From: Candidatus Spongiisociaceae bacterium
GTDB taxonomy: Bacteria; Actinomycetota; Acidimicrobiia; Spongiisociales; Spongiisociaceae
Assembly (NCBI GenBank): GCA_965219685.1
Contig: CBDCOH010000002.1
Span: forward strand, 1,120,001-1,184,000
DNA length: 64,000 nt
Direction: 5' to 3'
Below the pieces are notes generated by a model that was not told the DNA's origin, ran no database searches, and worked only from the letters and a program-made list of their open reading frames with translations. The translations under genes and the position numbers were made by a program. Of the stretch, positions 17,892 through 27,021 are shown in pieces (within the stretch, counting starts at the first letter, position 1; each line of letters begins with the position of its first letter).

Positions 17892-19103
17892 CTACCAGAC
17901 ACGTTCCATGATCAGAGAGATGCCCTGACCCACGCCTATGCACATGGTGGCGAGTCCATATCGTCCCTCCCGCCTCTGGAGTTCGTGGACGAGGGTGGTG
18001 AGGATCCGCGCGCCCGAGCAGCCGAGCGGGTGCCCGAGGGCGATGGCTCCACCGTTGACGTTGATCGTCTCCGGGTCGAGGTCCAGTTCGTTGCGGCATG
18101 CCACTGCCTGGGCGGCGAAGGCCTCGTTGAGTTCCACCAGGTCGAGGTCGGCAACACGCAGTCCGGCGCGGTCCAAGGCCTTCTGCGTCGAGGGTACGGG
18201 GCCGATACCCATCAGGTCGGGATGGACTCCCGCGACGGCCGAGGAGATGAGGCGAGCCGTCGGGGTGAGACCGGCCTTCTCCAAGCCTTCAGACGTGGCG
18301 AGGATCACCCCGGCCGCGCCGTCGTTCATGGGCGACGAGTTCCCCGCTGTGACCGTCCCGCCCTTCCTGAACACGGGGCGGAGTCCGGCCAGGGCCTCCA
18401 TGGAGGTGTCCGGCCGGGGTCCTTGGTCGGATTTGATCAGGGCGGTGACACGTCCCCTTGGGCCGGATGGCGCCTCGATGGGGACGATCTCGGTGTCAAA
18501 CCTGCCTGCGGACTGGGCGGCGACCGCCCGGCGGTGGCTGGTCAGGGCGAATTCGTCCTGGTCGGTCCGCGAGACGCCGTACTTGGCCGCCACCTCCTCC
18601 GCGGTCTCCCCCAGCGTGATGGGCGGGTACATCATCTGCATCCGGGGGTTGGTGAGCCGCCAGCCCAGCACGGTGTCCACCATCCGGGGCGCCCCCACGC
18701 CGTAGGCCCGCTCCGGCTTGGTGACCACGAACGGGGCGCGGCTCATGGACTCCGAGCCCCCTGCGATCATCACGTCGCCCCAGCCGGACGCCAGCGCCTG
18801 GGCGGCAGTGACGACCGCTTGGAGACCTGATCCGCAGAGGCGGTTCACGGTCTGGCCGGTCGTCTCGATCCCCAGACCGGCCAGGAGCCCCGCCATGCGC
18901 GCAACGTTGCGGTTGTCCTCGCCTGCCTGATTCGCCGCGCCCCACACCACGTCCTCGATGTCCGATGGGTGCAGGCCGGGGTTGCGTTCCATTAGAGCCC
19001 CGACCACGTGGGCTGCCAGATCGTCGGGTCGGAGCGCTGCCAACTGACCGCCTATGCGGCCCATCGGGGTACGGCAGGCGTCGGCTACGTAGATGTCGGT
19101 CAC
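17892..19103 (-). CDS. Acetyl-CoA C-acyltransferase (thiolase, PaaJ/PcaF-like)
   Basis: RTPMG, ANQAGEDNRNVARM, NRLCGSG, ELNEAFA, GGAIALGHPLG, MCIGVGQG; GTG start 19103. Confidence 0.93.
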   Translation of the reverse strand: MTDIYVADACRTPMGRIGGQLAALRPDDLAAHVVGALMERNPGLHPSDIEDVVWGAANQAGEDNRNVARMAGLLAGLGIETTGQTVNRLCGSGLQAVVTAAQALASGWGDVMIAGGSESMSRAPFVVTKPERAYGVGAPRMVDTVLGWRLTNPRMQMMYPPITLGETAEEVAAKYGVSRTDQDEFALTSHRRAVAAQSAGRFDTEIVPIEAPSGPRGRVTALIKSDQGPRPDTSMEALAGLRPVFRKGGTVTAGNSSPMNDGAAGVILATSEGLEKAGLTPTARLISSAVAGVHPDLMGIGPVPSTQKALDRAGLRVADLDLVELNEAFAAQAVACRNELDLDPETINVNGGAIALGHPLGCSGARILTTLVHELQRREGRYGLATMCIGVGQGISLIMERVW

Positions 19104-19263
19104 TGTTGACGGCGGGCAGGCATGCCCGTACCGTACTCGCCCTTGAAGGTCTGACACAGTCCCGCACGATCGGATCGAGCTCCCCAAGACGCTTCGGGAG
19201 AGCGTTCTCAGCCTTCATCGCCTTACTGATCGGCACCGTAGGCATGCCGGGCGGCCCGGCGGT

Positions 19264-19830
19264 TCAGGAGAGGCTTTCCATCAACCGGTCCATCACGGCG
19301 GGTAGCTTGCGGAGAAAGAAGTCATCTGCCTGTGCGGTTCTGCATCTCGATTCGATCAGTGTCCAGTCGATTCGTTCCCTGGCCGCTCTTGCGAGCGAGA
19401 GTGCCTCCTCCCAAGTGATGGCCGTTCCGTCGGTTGCCTGTATAAGGCGATCCATCATGAGATCGTTGACCGAGATGACCCTCACGACGCTTCCCTCGAC
19501 AGCTACCAACTCCGGCGGATCCTCCCCTAACAGTGTGCTTCCGGGCACCTCAATGGCGACCTCGCGGTTGCCCGAGCCCCATACCCAATGACGTCCATCA
19601 CGGACGAATCCCACGCGGGCAAGTGCTGCCCTGTCTCCAGACTCGATCTGACCGACCATGTTGATGTCCGTTGGACGTTCGATGCCCGTGTGGATCACCT
19701 GAGCTGCGCCGCCGACCAGCACCAAGGGCGCCCGTAAGACAGCATCAAAGGCAGCCGCCGCCAAGAGCAACTGGTCAACGCTGTCGGGTGGCGCCCGCCG
19801 GGCCAGGGCGAGAAGTTCGGACGGTTTCAC
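19264..19830 (-). CDS. AbiEii/DUF6036-like nucleotidyltransferase (putative toxin)
   Basis: LVLVGGAA...G..RPTDINMV, RVISVNDLMMDRL, IDW; GTG overlaps the XRE gene stop (19827-19830). Confidence 0.6.
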   Translation of the reverse strand: MKPSELLALARRAPPDSVDQLLLAAAAFDAVLRAPLVLVGGAAQVIHTGIERPTDINMVGQIESGDRAALARVGFVRDGRHWVWGSGNREVAIEVPGSTLLGEDPPELVAVEGSVVRVISVNDLMMDRLIQATDGTAITWEEALSLARAARERIDWTLIESRCRTAQADDFFLRKLPAVMDRLMESLS

Positions 19831-20165
19831 CCCAGGAGCCGCCGCTCCACCCTCGTATCTATTCCCCGTGACTCCTTCCACGCCAGCCTCCGCTCGACAT
19901 CACGGGAATGGACTCCGTGCTCGGCGAGGCGTTGCCGACCCTCGTCCATCCGGGCCCTCACGTCGGCCATAGTAATGACAACCGGCTCAGACAGCACGAG
20001 TTTCACGCCCAGCGCACGGGCGATGCGCGCCAGCGTGGAGTACCTGGCATCCACCTTCCCCGACTCGATTCTCGACAGGTTGGGCTGCGCGATACCGGTC
20101 ATCGCCGACAACTGCGAGAGTGTGATCCCCTGCTCTGTGCGGAGCTTCCGCAATTCCCGGTACAT
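19827..20165 (-). CDS. XRE-family HTH regulator (putative antitoxin)
   Basis: LRKLRTEQGITLSQLSAMTGIAQPNLSRIESG..STLARIARALG; TATAGT -10 upstream of ATG 20165. Confidence 0.85.
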   Translation of the reverse strand: MYRELRKLRTEQGITLSQLSAMTGIAQPNLSRIESGKVDARYSTLARIARALGVKLVLSEPVVITMADVRARMDEGRQRLAEHGVHSRDVERRLAWKESRGIDTRVERRLLG

Positions 20166-20291
20166 GGTGATCAGACTATAGCGAATGTGATATAGGCAGT
20201 CGACCGTCGGACCGATCTCGACCCGGTCGGGCACGCATTGCCGAGCAGGACCGCGATCCGGCGGTGGTCGCCCGGGCGATGAAGATGGGGG

Positions 20292-21644
20292 TCACCCGCG
20301 TTCGGCAATGAGGCGCAGGACCGGGCCGGCGGCGGTCAGCACGTAGACCTCTCCGGCCGCGTCGGTACCGAAAGCCACCACCTGGCCGGCGTTGCCCACC
20401 TGATCGGTCCAGTCGAACGGTTCCTCGGAGAGATCGTCGAGCGGGAAGCTGCGCAGGTACCCGCCGCAGTAGTCGGAGAACAGGTAGTGCCCGTACAGTT
20501 CCGGGATCTCCGCTCCCCTGTACACGACTCCACCGGTGATCGAGCAGGTGCCCCCGTCCCCGTGCTCCACCTCCACGACCGGCAGGGTGATGCCCTCCGC
20601 GTCGCATCCGGATCGAGGCTGGAAACAGTGCAGCCCCTCGGTGACGGGCCAGCCGTAATTGAGGCCTGCCGCTTCGATCGGCGCCACCGACACCTCCTCG
20701 AAGAGGTTCTGGCCGACGTCGGCGATGACGACAAGGCCGGAAGGCTGGTCGATCACGAACCGCCAGGGGTTGCGAAGGCCGATCGCCCACACCTCCGGGG
20801 CCGGGAACGGATTGCCGGGCGCGGGTGAAGCCACACCAGGAGTCGAGACATCGAACCTTAGGAGGGCGGCAAGCGGGCTCCGGTCGTTCTGGCCGTGGCC
20901 GAACATGTCGTTCGCCCCACCACCGTCGCCGAGCCCCATGTACAGGTATCCGTCCGGGCCGAAGGTGATCGTGCCACCGTTGTGGTTGGGGGCGGGTTGA
21001 GGGAGCCTGAACAGCACGATCTCCCCATCCGGGTCCACGTGGCCCTCCGAGAGCGTGTACTCCGCCAGCACCGTGTCCCCGTCGAGGGCTGTGTAGTGGA
21101 CGAACAGCCGCCCAGGATCCGGATAGTCGGGGTGGAAGGCGAATCCCAGCAGGCCCTGCTCGCCCCGGTTGCGCACCCGATCCCTGATGTCGAGAAACGG
21201 CACGTCATGCAGTCCGTCGTCCCCGAGCAGCCACATTCGACCTTCCTTCGATGCGATGGCAAGCAGGGAGGTTCCGGGAATCGGTGCCAGGTCTATCGGA
21301 AATGCCAGGTCCGCAACCTCGCGATAGGCCAGCGAGCGAAGAGGGGCCAGCGTCGTGGTCGTGGTCATGGTCGTCGTCGTGGTCGTGGTGGTGCTCGAAG
21401 TCTCCGAGGGTGGCGCCACGGTCGTTGCGGGCGGCTCCTCCCCCGTCGCCGCTTTGGTCTCCACTGTCGTGACCGGCGTGGATGTGGTCGGCGCCGTCGT
21501 GGACGCCAGGTCCGGGGGTGCCGTGGTCGTTGTGGACAGGGATGTGGTCGCCGGCGGCGCGGTGACGGCCGCCGGCTCGTCGGGAGCGCTGCAGGCCGCG
21601 GCCGCCAACATGAGCACGGTCGCCAGGGTCGTCCATCGATGCAT
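20292..21644 (-). CDS. PQQ-dependent sugar dehydrogenase (GSDH/YliI family) lipoprotein with Thr-rich linker
   Basis: Lipobox AAAC, GEQGLLGFAFHP, NHNGG..FGPDGYLY.GLGDGG, GLRNPWR, DVGQ, NYGWP. Confidence 0.92.
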   Translation of the reverse strand: MHRWTTLATVLMLAAAACSAPDEPAAVTAPPATTSLSTTTTAPPDLASTTAPTTSTPVTTVETKAATGEEPPATTVAPPSETSSTTTTTTTTMTTTTTLAPLRSLAYREVADLAFPIDLAPIPGTSLLAIASKEGRMWLLGDDGLHDVPFLDIRDRVRNRGEQGLLGFAFHPDYPDPGRLFVHYTALDGDTVLAEYTLSEGHVDPDGEIVLFRLPQPAPNHNGGTITFGPDGYLYMGLGDGGGANDMFGHGQNDRSPLAALLRFDVSTPGVASPAPGNPFPAPEVWAIGLRNPWRFVIDQPSGLVVIADVGQNLFEEVSVAPIEAAGLNYGWPVTEGLHCFQPRSGCDAEGITLPVVEVEHGDGGTCSITGGVVYRGAEIPELYGHYLFSDYCGGYLRSFPLDDLSEEPFDWTDQVGNAGQVVAFGTDAAGEVYVLTAAGPVLRLIAERG

Positions 21645-21779
21645 GCCGGGAGAGTATCTCCCCTCGGCTGCTATCGCGGGTCCTGGTCGCCTCCTGGCCC
21701 GGCGGCCCGGTGCCGATGCACCGGCGAGTGACCCTGGCGGTGCTACCGTCGGAGGGTCCCCGACCTGGGTATATGGACT

Positions 21780-23111
21780 TTGACCGATCTGCTACGTAAC
21801 GATCGCAAGACGATCTTCGGCTGGGCCATGTACGACTGGGCCAACTCTGCCTTCGCGGTCACGCTGGGAGCGCTGATTGCCCCGTTCTTCGCCGAGGCGA
21901 TCGTTCCGGAAGGGGGCTGGAACGGCTGGTCGGCGGAGACCATCTGGGCGGGTGTGGTGTCCATCGGCTCGACGATCCTGTTCCTGCTGATGCCGGTGCT
22001 CGGAGCCATCGCCGACTTCAACTCGGCGAGGCGGAGGTTCCTGCGCTACTGCGCCACGGGTGGCGGCCTCATGGTGCTGGCGCTGCCCTTCGTGCCCGAC
22101 GGGATGGTGCCGTGGTTCCTGGTGGTTGCCGTGACTGCTCACATAGGATTCGTGGCGGCCAACGTCTTCTACGACGCCTTCCTCCCCGGCCTGACCACCG
22201 ACGACTCCGTCGACCGCGTGTCGTCCAAGGGGTACGCCTTCGGCTACGTGGGCGGCGGACTGTACCTGCTGCTGGGCTTGGCGCTGCTGCTGTCCAGCGG
22301 GGACGACGGTTTCACGGGTCTGTCGGTCAGCGGCGCGACCCGGGTCGTCATCTTCGGTTCCGGTCTGTGGTGGATGGGGTTCACCTTCTACGCGCTGCGC
22401 TACCTCCCGGAGATCGGAGAGGCATCCCCGGTTCCTCCGGGTTACCGGCACATGCGACCGTGGCGAGCGTACGCGACCATCGGCTTCGGCCGCACCCTCG
22501 GAACAGCGAGGAAGCTCGTCGGGTACCCGCAACTGATGCTCTTCGTGCTGGCCTTCATCTTCTACAACGACGGGGCCGTAACGGTCATCAACATCTCAGG
22601 GTCTTACGCTTCCGAGACCCTCGGTCTGGGGATCGCCCAGATATCCACGGCCTTCCTGATCGTGCAGTTCGTGGCGTTCGGGGGCGCTCTCTTCTTCGGG
22701 ATGCTGGCAGACAGGATCGGCGCGAAGCAGGCGATCCTCTGGTCGCTCGCGGTGTGGTCACTCATCGCGGTGGCGGCCTACTTCATGCCTGCCGGAGAAG
22801 CGCTCCCGTTCTATCTCATCGCCGTGGTGGTCGGCTGGGTCATGGGCGGTGTGCAAGCCCTGAGCCGCAGCCTGTACGCGACTATGATCCCGGAGGAGGC
22901 GTCCGCCGAGTTCTTCGGGTTCTTCAGCGTGTTCTCGAAGTTCTCGGCAATCTGGGGGCCCCTGGTGTTCAGCATCGTCAGTCACCGGACCGGCTCGGGC
23001 CGGCCGGCCATCCTCTCGATCGTCGCGTTCTTCGTGATCGGAGGGTTCTTGTTGGCCCGCGTGGATGTGGACGAAGCGAGGGCCGCACGCAGTCGATGGG
23101 AAGGCCACTGA
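21780..23111 (+). CDS. MFS transporter, UMF1/Atg22 family
   Basis: WAMYDWANSAF, ANVFYDAFLP, VSSKGYAFGYVGG, GGVQALSRSLY, EFFGF. Confidence 0.92.
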   Translation: MTDLLRNDRKTIFGWAMYDWANSAFAVTLGALIAPFFAEAIVPEGGWNGWSAETIWAGVVSIGSTILFLLMPVLGAIADFNSARRRFLRYCATGGGLMVLALPFVPDGMVPWFLVVAVTAHIGFVAANVFYDAFLPGLTTDDSVDRVSSKGYAFGYVGGGLYLLLGLALLLSSGDDGFTGLSVSGATRVVIFGSGLWWMGFTFYALRYLPEIGEASPVPPGYRHMRPWRAYATIGFGRTLGTARKLVGYPQLMLFVLAFIFYNDGAVTVINISGSYASETLGLGIAQISTAFLIVQFVAFGGALFFGMLADRIGAKQAILWSLAVWSLIAVAAYFMPAGEALPFYLIAVVVGWVMGGVQALSRSLYATMIPEEASAEFFGFFSVFSKFSAIWGPLVFSIVSHRTGSGRPAILSIVAFFVIGGFLLARVDVDEARAARSRWEGH

Positions 23112-23112
23112 G

Positions 23113-23460
23113 ATGAGCGAGGAGCCGACCAAGCCCCAAGAGGATGGCAGGAGTCCCCCGGCGACTCCGGTCACCGAATCCCCCGAGCGGCTGAGATCGC
23201 GTATCAGGTGGGGCCTGGTGGCCCTTGCTCTGCTGGCTGCGGCCACAGTGTTTCTCGCCTACCAGAACATCGAGGACGTGCCGGTCCGGGCGTTCTGGTG
23301 GGAGTTCAGTATCCCCTTACTGGTCGTCATCGTCGCGACGGCCGTGCTCACGCTGGTGATCCAAAGGCTCGCGGCATGGGTGTTCTGGTGGAGAAGGCGC
23401 AGGACGCGTCCCTATGACGGTCCCCTGCCACGGAGACGCAAGGGCAGGCGATGGAGGTGA
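23113..23460 (+). CDS. LapA/DUF1049-family small membrane protein
   Basis: TM-FLAYQN.EDVPV.AFWWEFSIPL-TM-basic tail. Confidence 0.75.
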   Translation: MSEEPTKPQEDGRSPPATPVTESPERLRSRIRWGLVALALLAAATVFLAYQNIEDVPVRAFWWEFSIPLLVVIVATAVLTLVIQRLAAWVFWWRRRRTRPYDGPLPRRRKGRRWR

Positions 23461-23565
23461 CGATCCGCAGTTGCGGACGGGAGTCGATACCCGCGGCCTG
23501 AGTCCGGAAACCCGGCATCCAGGGGGAAACACCAACTACGATGCTGACCGCATCGGGAGGTTCAG

Positions 23566-24117
23566 ATGAAGATCACGCAAGAGTTCGAGGTAGCCAGCAG
23601 CGCAGAGGCCGTGTTCCGGTTCTTCCAGGATGTGCCGGCGGTGGTTCAGTGCATGCCCGGGGCAGAGTTGACGGAAGACCGGGGAGACGGGGAGTACACG
23701 GGCAAGATCTCGGTCCGCCTAGGCCCGATGACGGCGGGTTTCGAAGGTCAGGCCACGGTGACTTCCGATGCAACGAATCACACCGGGCACATCGCCGGCA
23801 AGGGGGTTGATCGGCGCGGGGGTTCCCGCGGGCAGGTGGCTGTCGACTACGCCGTGTCGGCCACCGACGGCGGGTCTGCAGTGTCGGTGGACGCCGACAT
23901 CAAGATCTCGGGGGCTGCCGCCCAGTTCGGCCGCACCGGGCTGCTCAACCAGATCTCCCAGCGCCTCATCCAGGACTTCGTCAACTGCCTCGAGGCCAAA
24001 CTGGAGGCCGAGGACCAGGCGGCCGCGGCCGAGATCGAGGCAGAGGACGTCAAGGGGATCTCCCTGGTCGCCTCCACCGTTGCCTCGGGGGTCAAGAAGC
24101 TGTTCAGCCGGGGCTGA
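23566..24117 (+). CDS. coxG: CoxG/SRPBCC-family protein
   Basis: CMPGAEL, VRLGPM, GKGVD.RGG, GAAAQFGR; GGGAGG RBS. Confidence 0.85.
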   Translation: MKITQEFEVASSAEAVFRFFQDVPAVVQCMPGAELTEDRGDGEYTGKISVRLGPMTAGFEGQATVTSDATNHTGHIAGKGVDRRGGSRGQVAVDYAVSATDGGSAVSVDADIKISGAAAQFGRTGLLNQISQRLIQDFVNCLEAKLEAEDQAAAAEIEAEDVKGISLVASTVASGVKKLFSRG

Positions 24118-24130
24118 AGAGGAGTCCGCT

Positions 24131-24148
24131 CCGCCCCTGCCGGGGCGG
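24131..24148 (+). terminator. GC-rich hairpin after coxG (possible intrinsic terminator)
   Basis: CCGCCCC-TGCC-GGGGCGG; no U-tract. Confidence 0.4.
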
Positions 24149-24469
24149 GACGACGAGACCCGTCGCCAACGAGACACCGGCACGAAGGGGTTGACCGTGT
24201 CACAGGCGTGACGCACACTGGGAGCAGCCGCAAACACCGGCGGTCCGGAATCGGCCGATCAGGACCGCTATCGGGATCACTCAGTGGAAGCCGAACTCAC
24301 GGTGACGGAGAGACGCGTCCAAGCCTCGGAGGTGGTGGTCGGGGGAGGGCCCTTGGACGGGGCCGGTCGACTCGGATTTCGCGTTCTCGTACCCGATGCC
24401 CCGGCCGGTTCGATGCTCGGAAGGCGTCCACTGTGTCGGACCGGGTTCAGTGGCCGGCGCAACGGGGGC

Positions 24470-25594
24470 TCAACTCGATGTGGCTTCGATCACGTAGTCG
24501 AGGCAGGCCGTCAGGGCTTCCACATCCGAAGGCGGGATGGTCGGCCACAGTCCTATCCGCAGTTGGTTCCGTCCCAGCTTGCGGTAGGACTCCGTGTCCA
24601 CGACGCCGTTGGCCCGCAGCGTGGCGGCCAAATGGTCACCGGACACCGGTTGCTCGAAGTCGATGGTGGCGTTGACCCGTGAGCGTATGGAGGGATCCGC
24701 GACGAACGGATAGGCCATCGGATGGGCTTCCGCCCAGTCGTAGAGGATCGCCGCGTTCTCCGCGCAGCGCGAGGCTGACCAGGCAAGCCCGCCGCGGCTG
24801 TTGATCCACTCGACCGTGTCGGCCAGCATGAAGATGGTGGCCAGAGCCGGTGTGTTGTAGGTCTGGTCCTTGCGGGAGTTGGAAACCGCCGACGCCAGGG
24901 AGAGGAACGGAGGAATCCACCGATCGGAGGCGGCTATCCGCTCTATCCGTTCGATCGCCCGCGGCGAGCACAACGCAACGAACAGGCCCCCATCCCCGCC
25001 GAAGGCCTTCTGGGGAGAGAAGTAGTAGACATCCAGCTCCTCCGGATCCACGGGCGTGCCGCCGGCCGCGGACGTGGCGTCGACCACGGTCAGCCCCTCC
25101 CCGGACACTCGCTTGATCGGCATGGTCACGCCGGTGGAGGTCTCGTTGTGGGTAAGCCCGTAGAGGTCGATGCGGTCCGAAGGCACCGGCACGGGATGCG
25201 TCCCCGGAGGCGCTTCGATGAGTTCGGGAGCGTCGAGGTGCGGAGCCCCGTTCACAGCCCGCGCGAACTTGGACGAGAACTCACCGAAGCAGAGATGCTG
25301 GCTCCTGCGTTCGATCAGGCCGAAGGTGGCGGCATCCCAGAAACCGGTCGCGCCCCCGTTGCCGAGCACCACCTCGTAGCGGTCAGGAAGCCCGAACAGG
25401 GCTGCCAAGCCTTCCCGGACTCGCCCCACCATGGCCCGGACGGTCGGCCGGCGGTGAGAGGTCCCCATGTACGTGCGCCCTGCGTCGGCCAAGGCCGCGA
25501 GCGTCTCGGCCCGTACCTTCGTGGGGCCGCTTCCGAACCGGCCGTCGGCGGGCAGCAGTTCGGGCGGTATCCGGATCGAGGTGTGTTCTGGCAT
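24470..25594 (-). CDS. serC: Phosphoserine aminotransferase (actinobacterial type)
   Basis: [52 protein letters not shown]; ATG 25594. Confidence 0.95.
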   Translation of the reverse strand: MPEHTSIRIPPELLPADGRFGSGPTKVRAETLAALADAGRTYMGTSHRRPTVRAMVGRVREGLAALFGLPDRYEVVLGNGGATGFWDAATFGLIERRSQHLCFGEFSSKFARAVNGAPHLDAPELIEAPPGTHPVPVPSDRIDLYGLTHNETSTGVTMPIKRVSGEGLTVVDATSAAGGTPVDPEELDVYYFSPQKAFGGDGGLFVALCSPRAIERIERIAASDRWIPPFLSLASAVSNSRKDQTYNTPALATIFMLADTVEWINSRGGLAWSASRCAENAAILYDWAEAHPMAYPFVADPSIRSRVNATIDFEQPVSGDHLAATLRANGVVDTESYRKLGRNQLRIGLWPTIPPSDVEALTACLDYVIEATSS

Positions 25595-25634
25595 GTCTAT
25601 CGTTCCCTCTCCAGGACCCGATACGGAGAACGTG

Positions 25635-26831
25635 ATGTCAGGAGTATCGCAGCGAATCGAATCGATGGCCGAATCGGCCACCATGGCGATCACCGCCAAG
25701 GCGAGGGCCTTGCGGGCGGCCGGCCACGACGTGATCGGCTACGGCGCGGGCGAGCCCGACTTCCCGACTCCCGAACCGATAGTGGCCGCGGCCAGGGCCG
25801 CTGCCGCCGACCCTGCCATGCACAAGTACACGCCGGCGCCCGGGCTCCCGGCGCTGCGGGAGGCGGTGGCCGCCAAGACCCGGCGGGACTCGGGCTACGA
25901 GGTGACACCGTCGCAGGTGATCATCACCAACGGCGGCAAGCAAGGTGTCTACACGGGGATCCACTGCCTGGTCGATCCTGGCGACGAGGTACTGCTGCCG
26001 GCCCCCTACTGGGTCACCTACCCGGCGGTGGTGGAGTTGGCCGGTGGGACCACCATCCCCATCGAGACCGACGAGAGCAGCGGGTTCAAGGTGACGGTTG
26101 ACCAACTGGAGGCCGCCAGCACGCCTCGCACCAAGCTGCTGATCTTCGTCTCACCCTCGAATCCGACCGGGGCGGTCTACAGCGCGGCCGAGGTGGCCGA
26201 GATCGGCCGTTGGGCGGTGGATCGCGGTGTCTGGGTCCTCACCGACGAGATCTACGAACATCTGGTGTATGGCGGAGCATCGTTCGCGTCGCTGCCGGTG
26301 GAAGTTCCGGAACTGGCCGAACGGTGCCTGATCGTCAACGGAGTGGCCAAGACCTACGCGATGACCGGATGGAGGGTGGGCTGGATGATCGGGCCGGCCC
26401 ATGTGATCGCCGGGGCGACCAAGCTCCAGGGCCACCTGACATCCAACGTGTCGAACATCGCACAGGCGGGCGCGATCGAGGCCGTGTCAGGACCCCTCGA
26501 CGACGTCTACATGATGCGGGAGGCGTTCGACCGCCGCAGGCGGATGATGCACCGGATGCTCAACGAGACGAGAGGCATCGACTGCATCGAGCCACTAGGA
26601 GCCTTCTATTGCTTCGCGTCGGTACGCGGAGCGCTCGGGAGCCGGATCGGCGATGCCCGGCCCGCCACCGCCCTGGAACTGGCCGATGTCTGCATCGACC
26701 AGGCCGGGGTGGCCTTCGTTCCCGGCGAGGCCTTCGGAGCACCCGGCTACGCCCGGTTCTCCTACGCCCTGGGCGACGAGGACCTCGTGACCGGTCTGAC
26801 CAGACTCCAGGACCTACTGGGACCCTCTTGA
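25635..26831 (+). CDS. aspC: Class I aminotransferase (aspartate aminotransferase-like)
   Basis: [42 protein letters not shown]. Confidence 0.9.
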   Translation: MSGVSQRIESMAESATMAITAKARALRAAGHDVIGYGAGEPDFPTPEPIVAAARAAAADPAMHKYTPAPGLPALREAVAAKTRRDSGYEVTPSQVIITNGGKQGVYTGIHCLVDPGDEVLLPAPYWVTYPAVVELAGGTTIPIETDESSGFKVTVDQLEAASTPRTKLLIFVSPSNPTGAVYSAAEVAEIGRWAVDRGVWVLTDEIYEHLVYGGASFASLPVEVPELAERCLIVNGVAKTYAMTGWRVGWMIGPAHVIAGATKLQGHLTSNVSNIAQAGAIEAVSGPLDDVYMMREAFDRRRRMMHRMLNETRGIDCIEPLGAFYCFASVRGALGSRIGDARPATALELADVCIDQAGVAFVPGEAFGAPGYARFSYALGDEDLVTGLTRLQDLLGPS

Positions 26832-26861
26832 GGCCACTGGGTTACGTTTTGCTCGTCAGAC

Positions 26862-26889
26862 TGAGTAAAACTACTCACCGTCCTGAGTA
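26862..26889. promoter_or_regulatory. Candidate regulator binding site upstream of the protease gene
   Basis: TGAGTA-aaac-TACTCA (26862-26877) plus a third TGAGTA at 26884, 22 bp after the first. Confidence 0.5.
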
Positions 26890-27021
26890 AATCGCACGGG
26901 TCGTGGCGGTGGTGGTCAAGAGCGGCCGGGCTCCCACGAGCAGGCGAGGGATGAGCGCCCTCGTCGCCGCCCACGGACCGGCGCGAACCCTGCTTCTGGG
27001 CAGCGGTGGCTTCGACATCGG

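Noticed and set aside
19104-20291. IS or transposon signatures around the two TA cassettes
   Set aside because: No transposase or terminal inverted repeats seen, so not called IS elements.
21350-21395. ACC/ACG trinucleotide runs (also near 27300-27440 and 54350-54530)
   Set aside because: Explained by Thr-rich protein linkers, not independent repeats.
24150-24469. Unassigned gap between coxG and serC with short ORFs (e.g. 24277..24462)
   Set aside because: No motif, RBS or convincing repeat; left unannotated.
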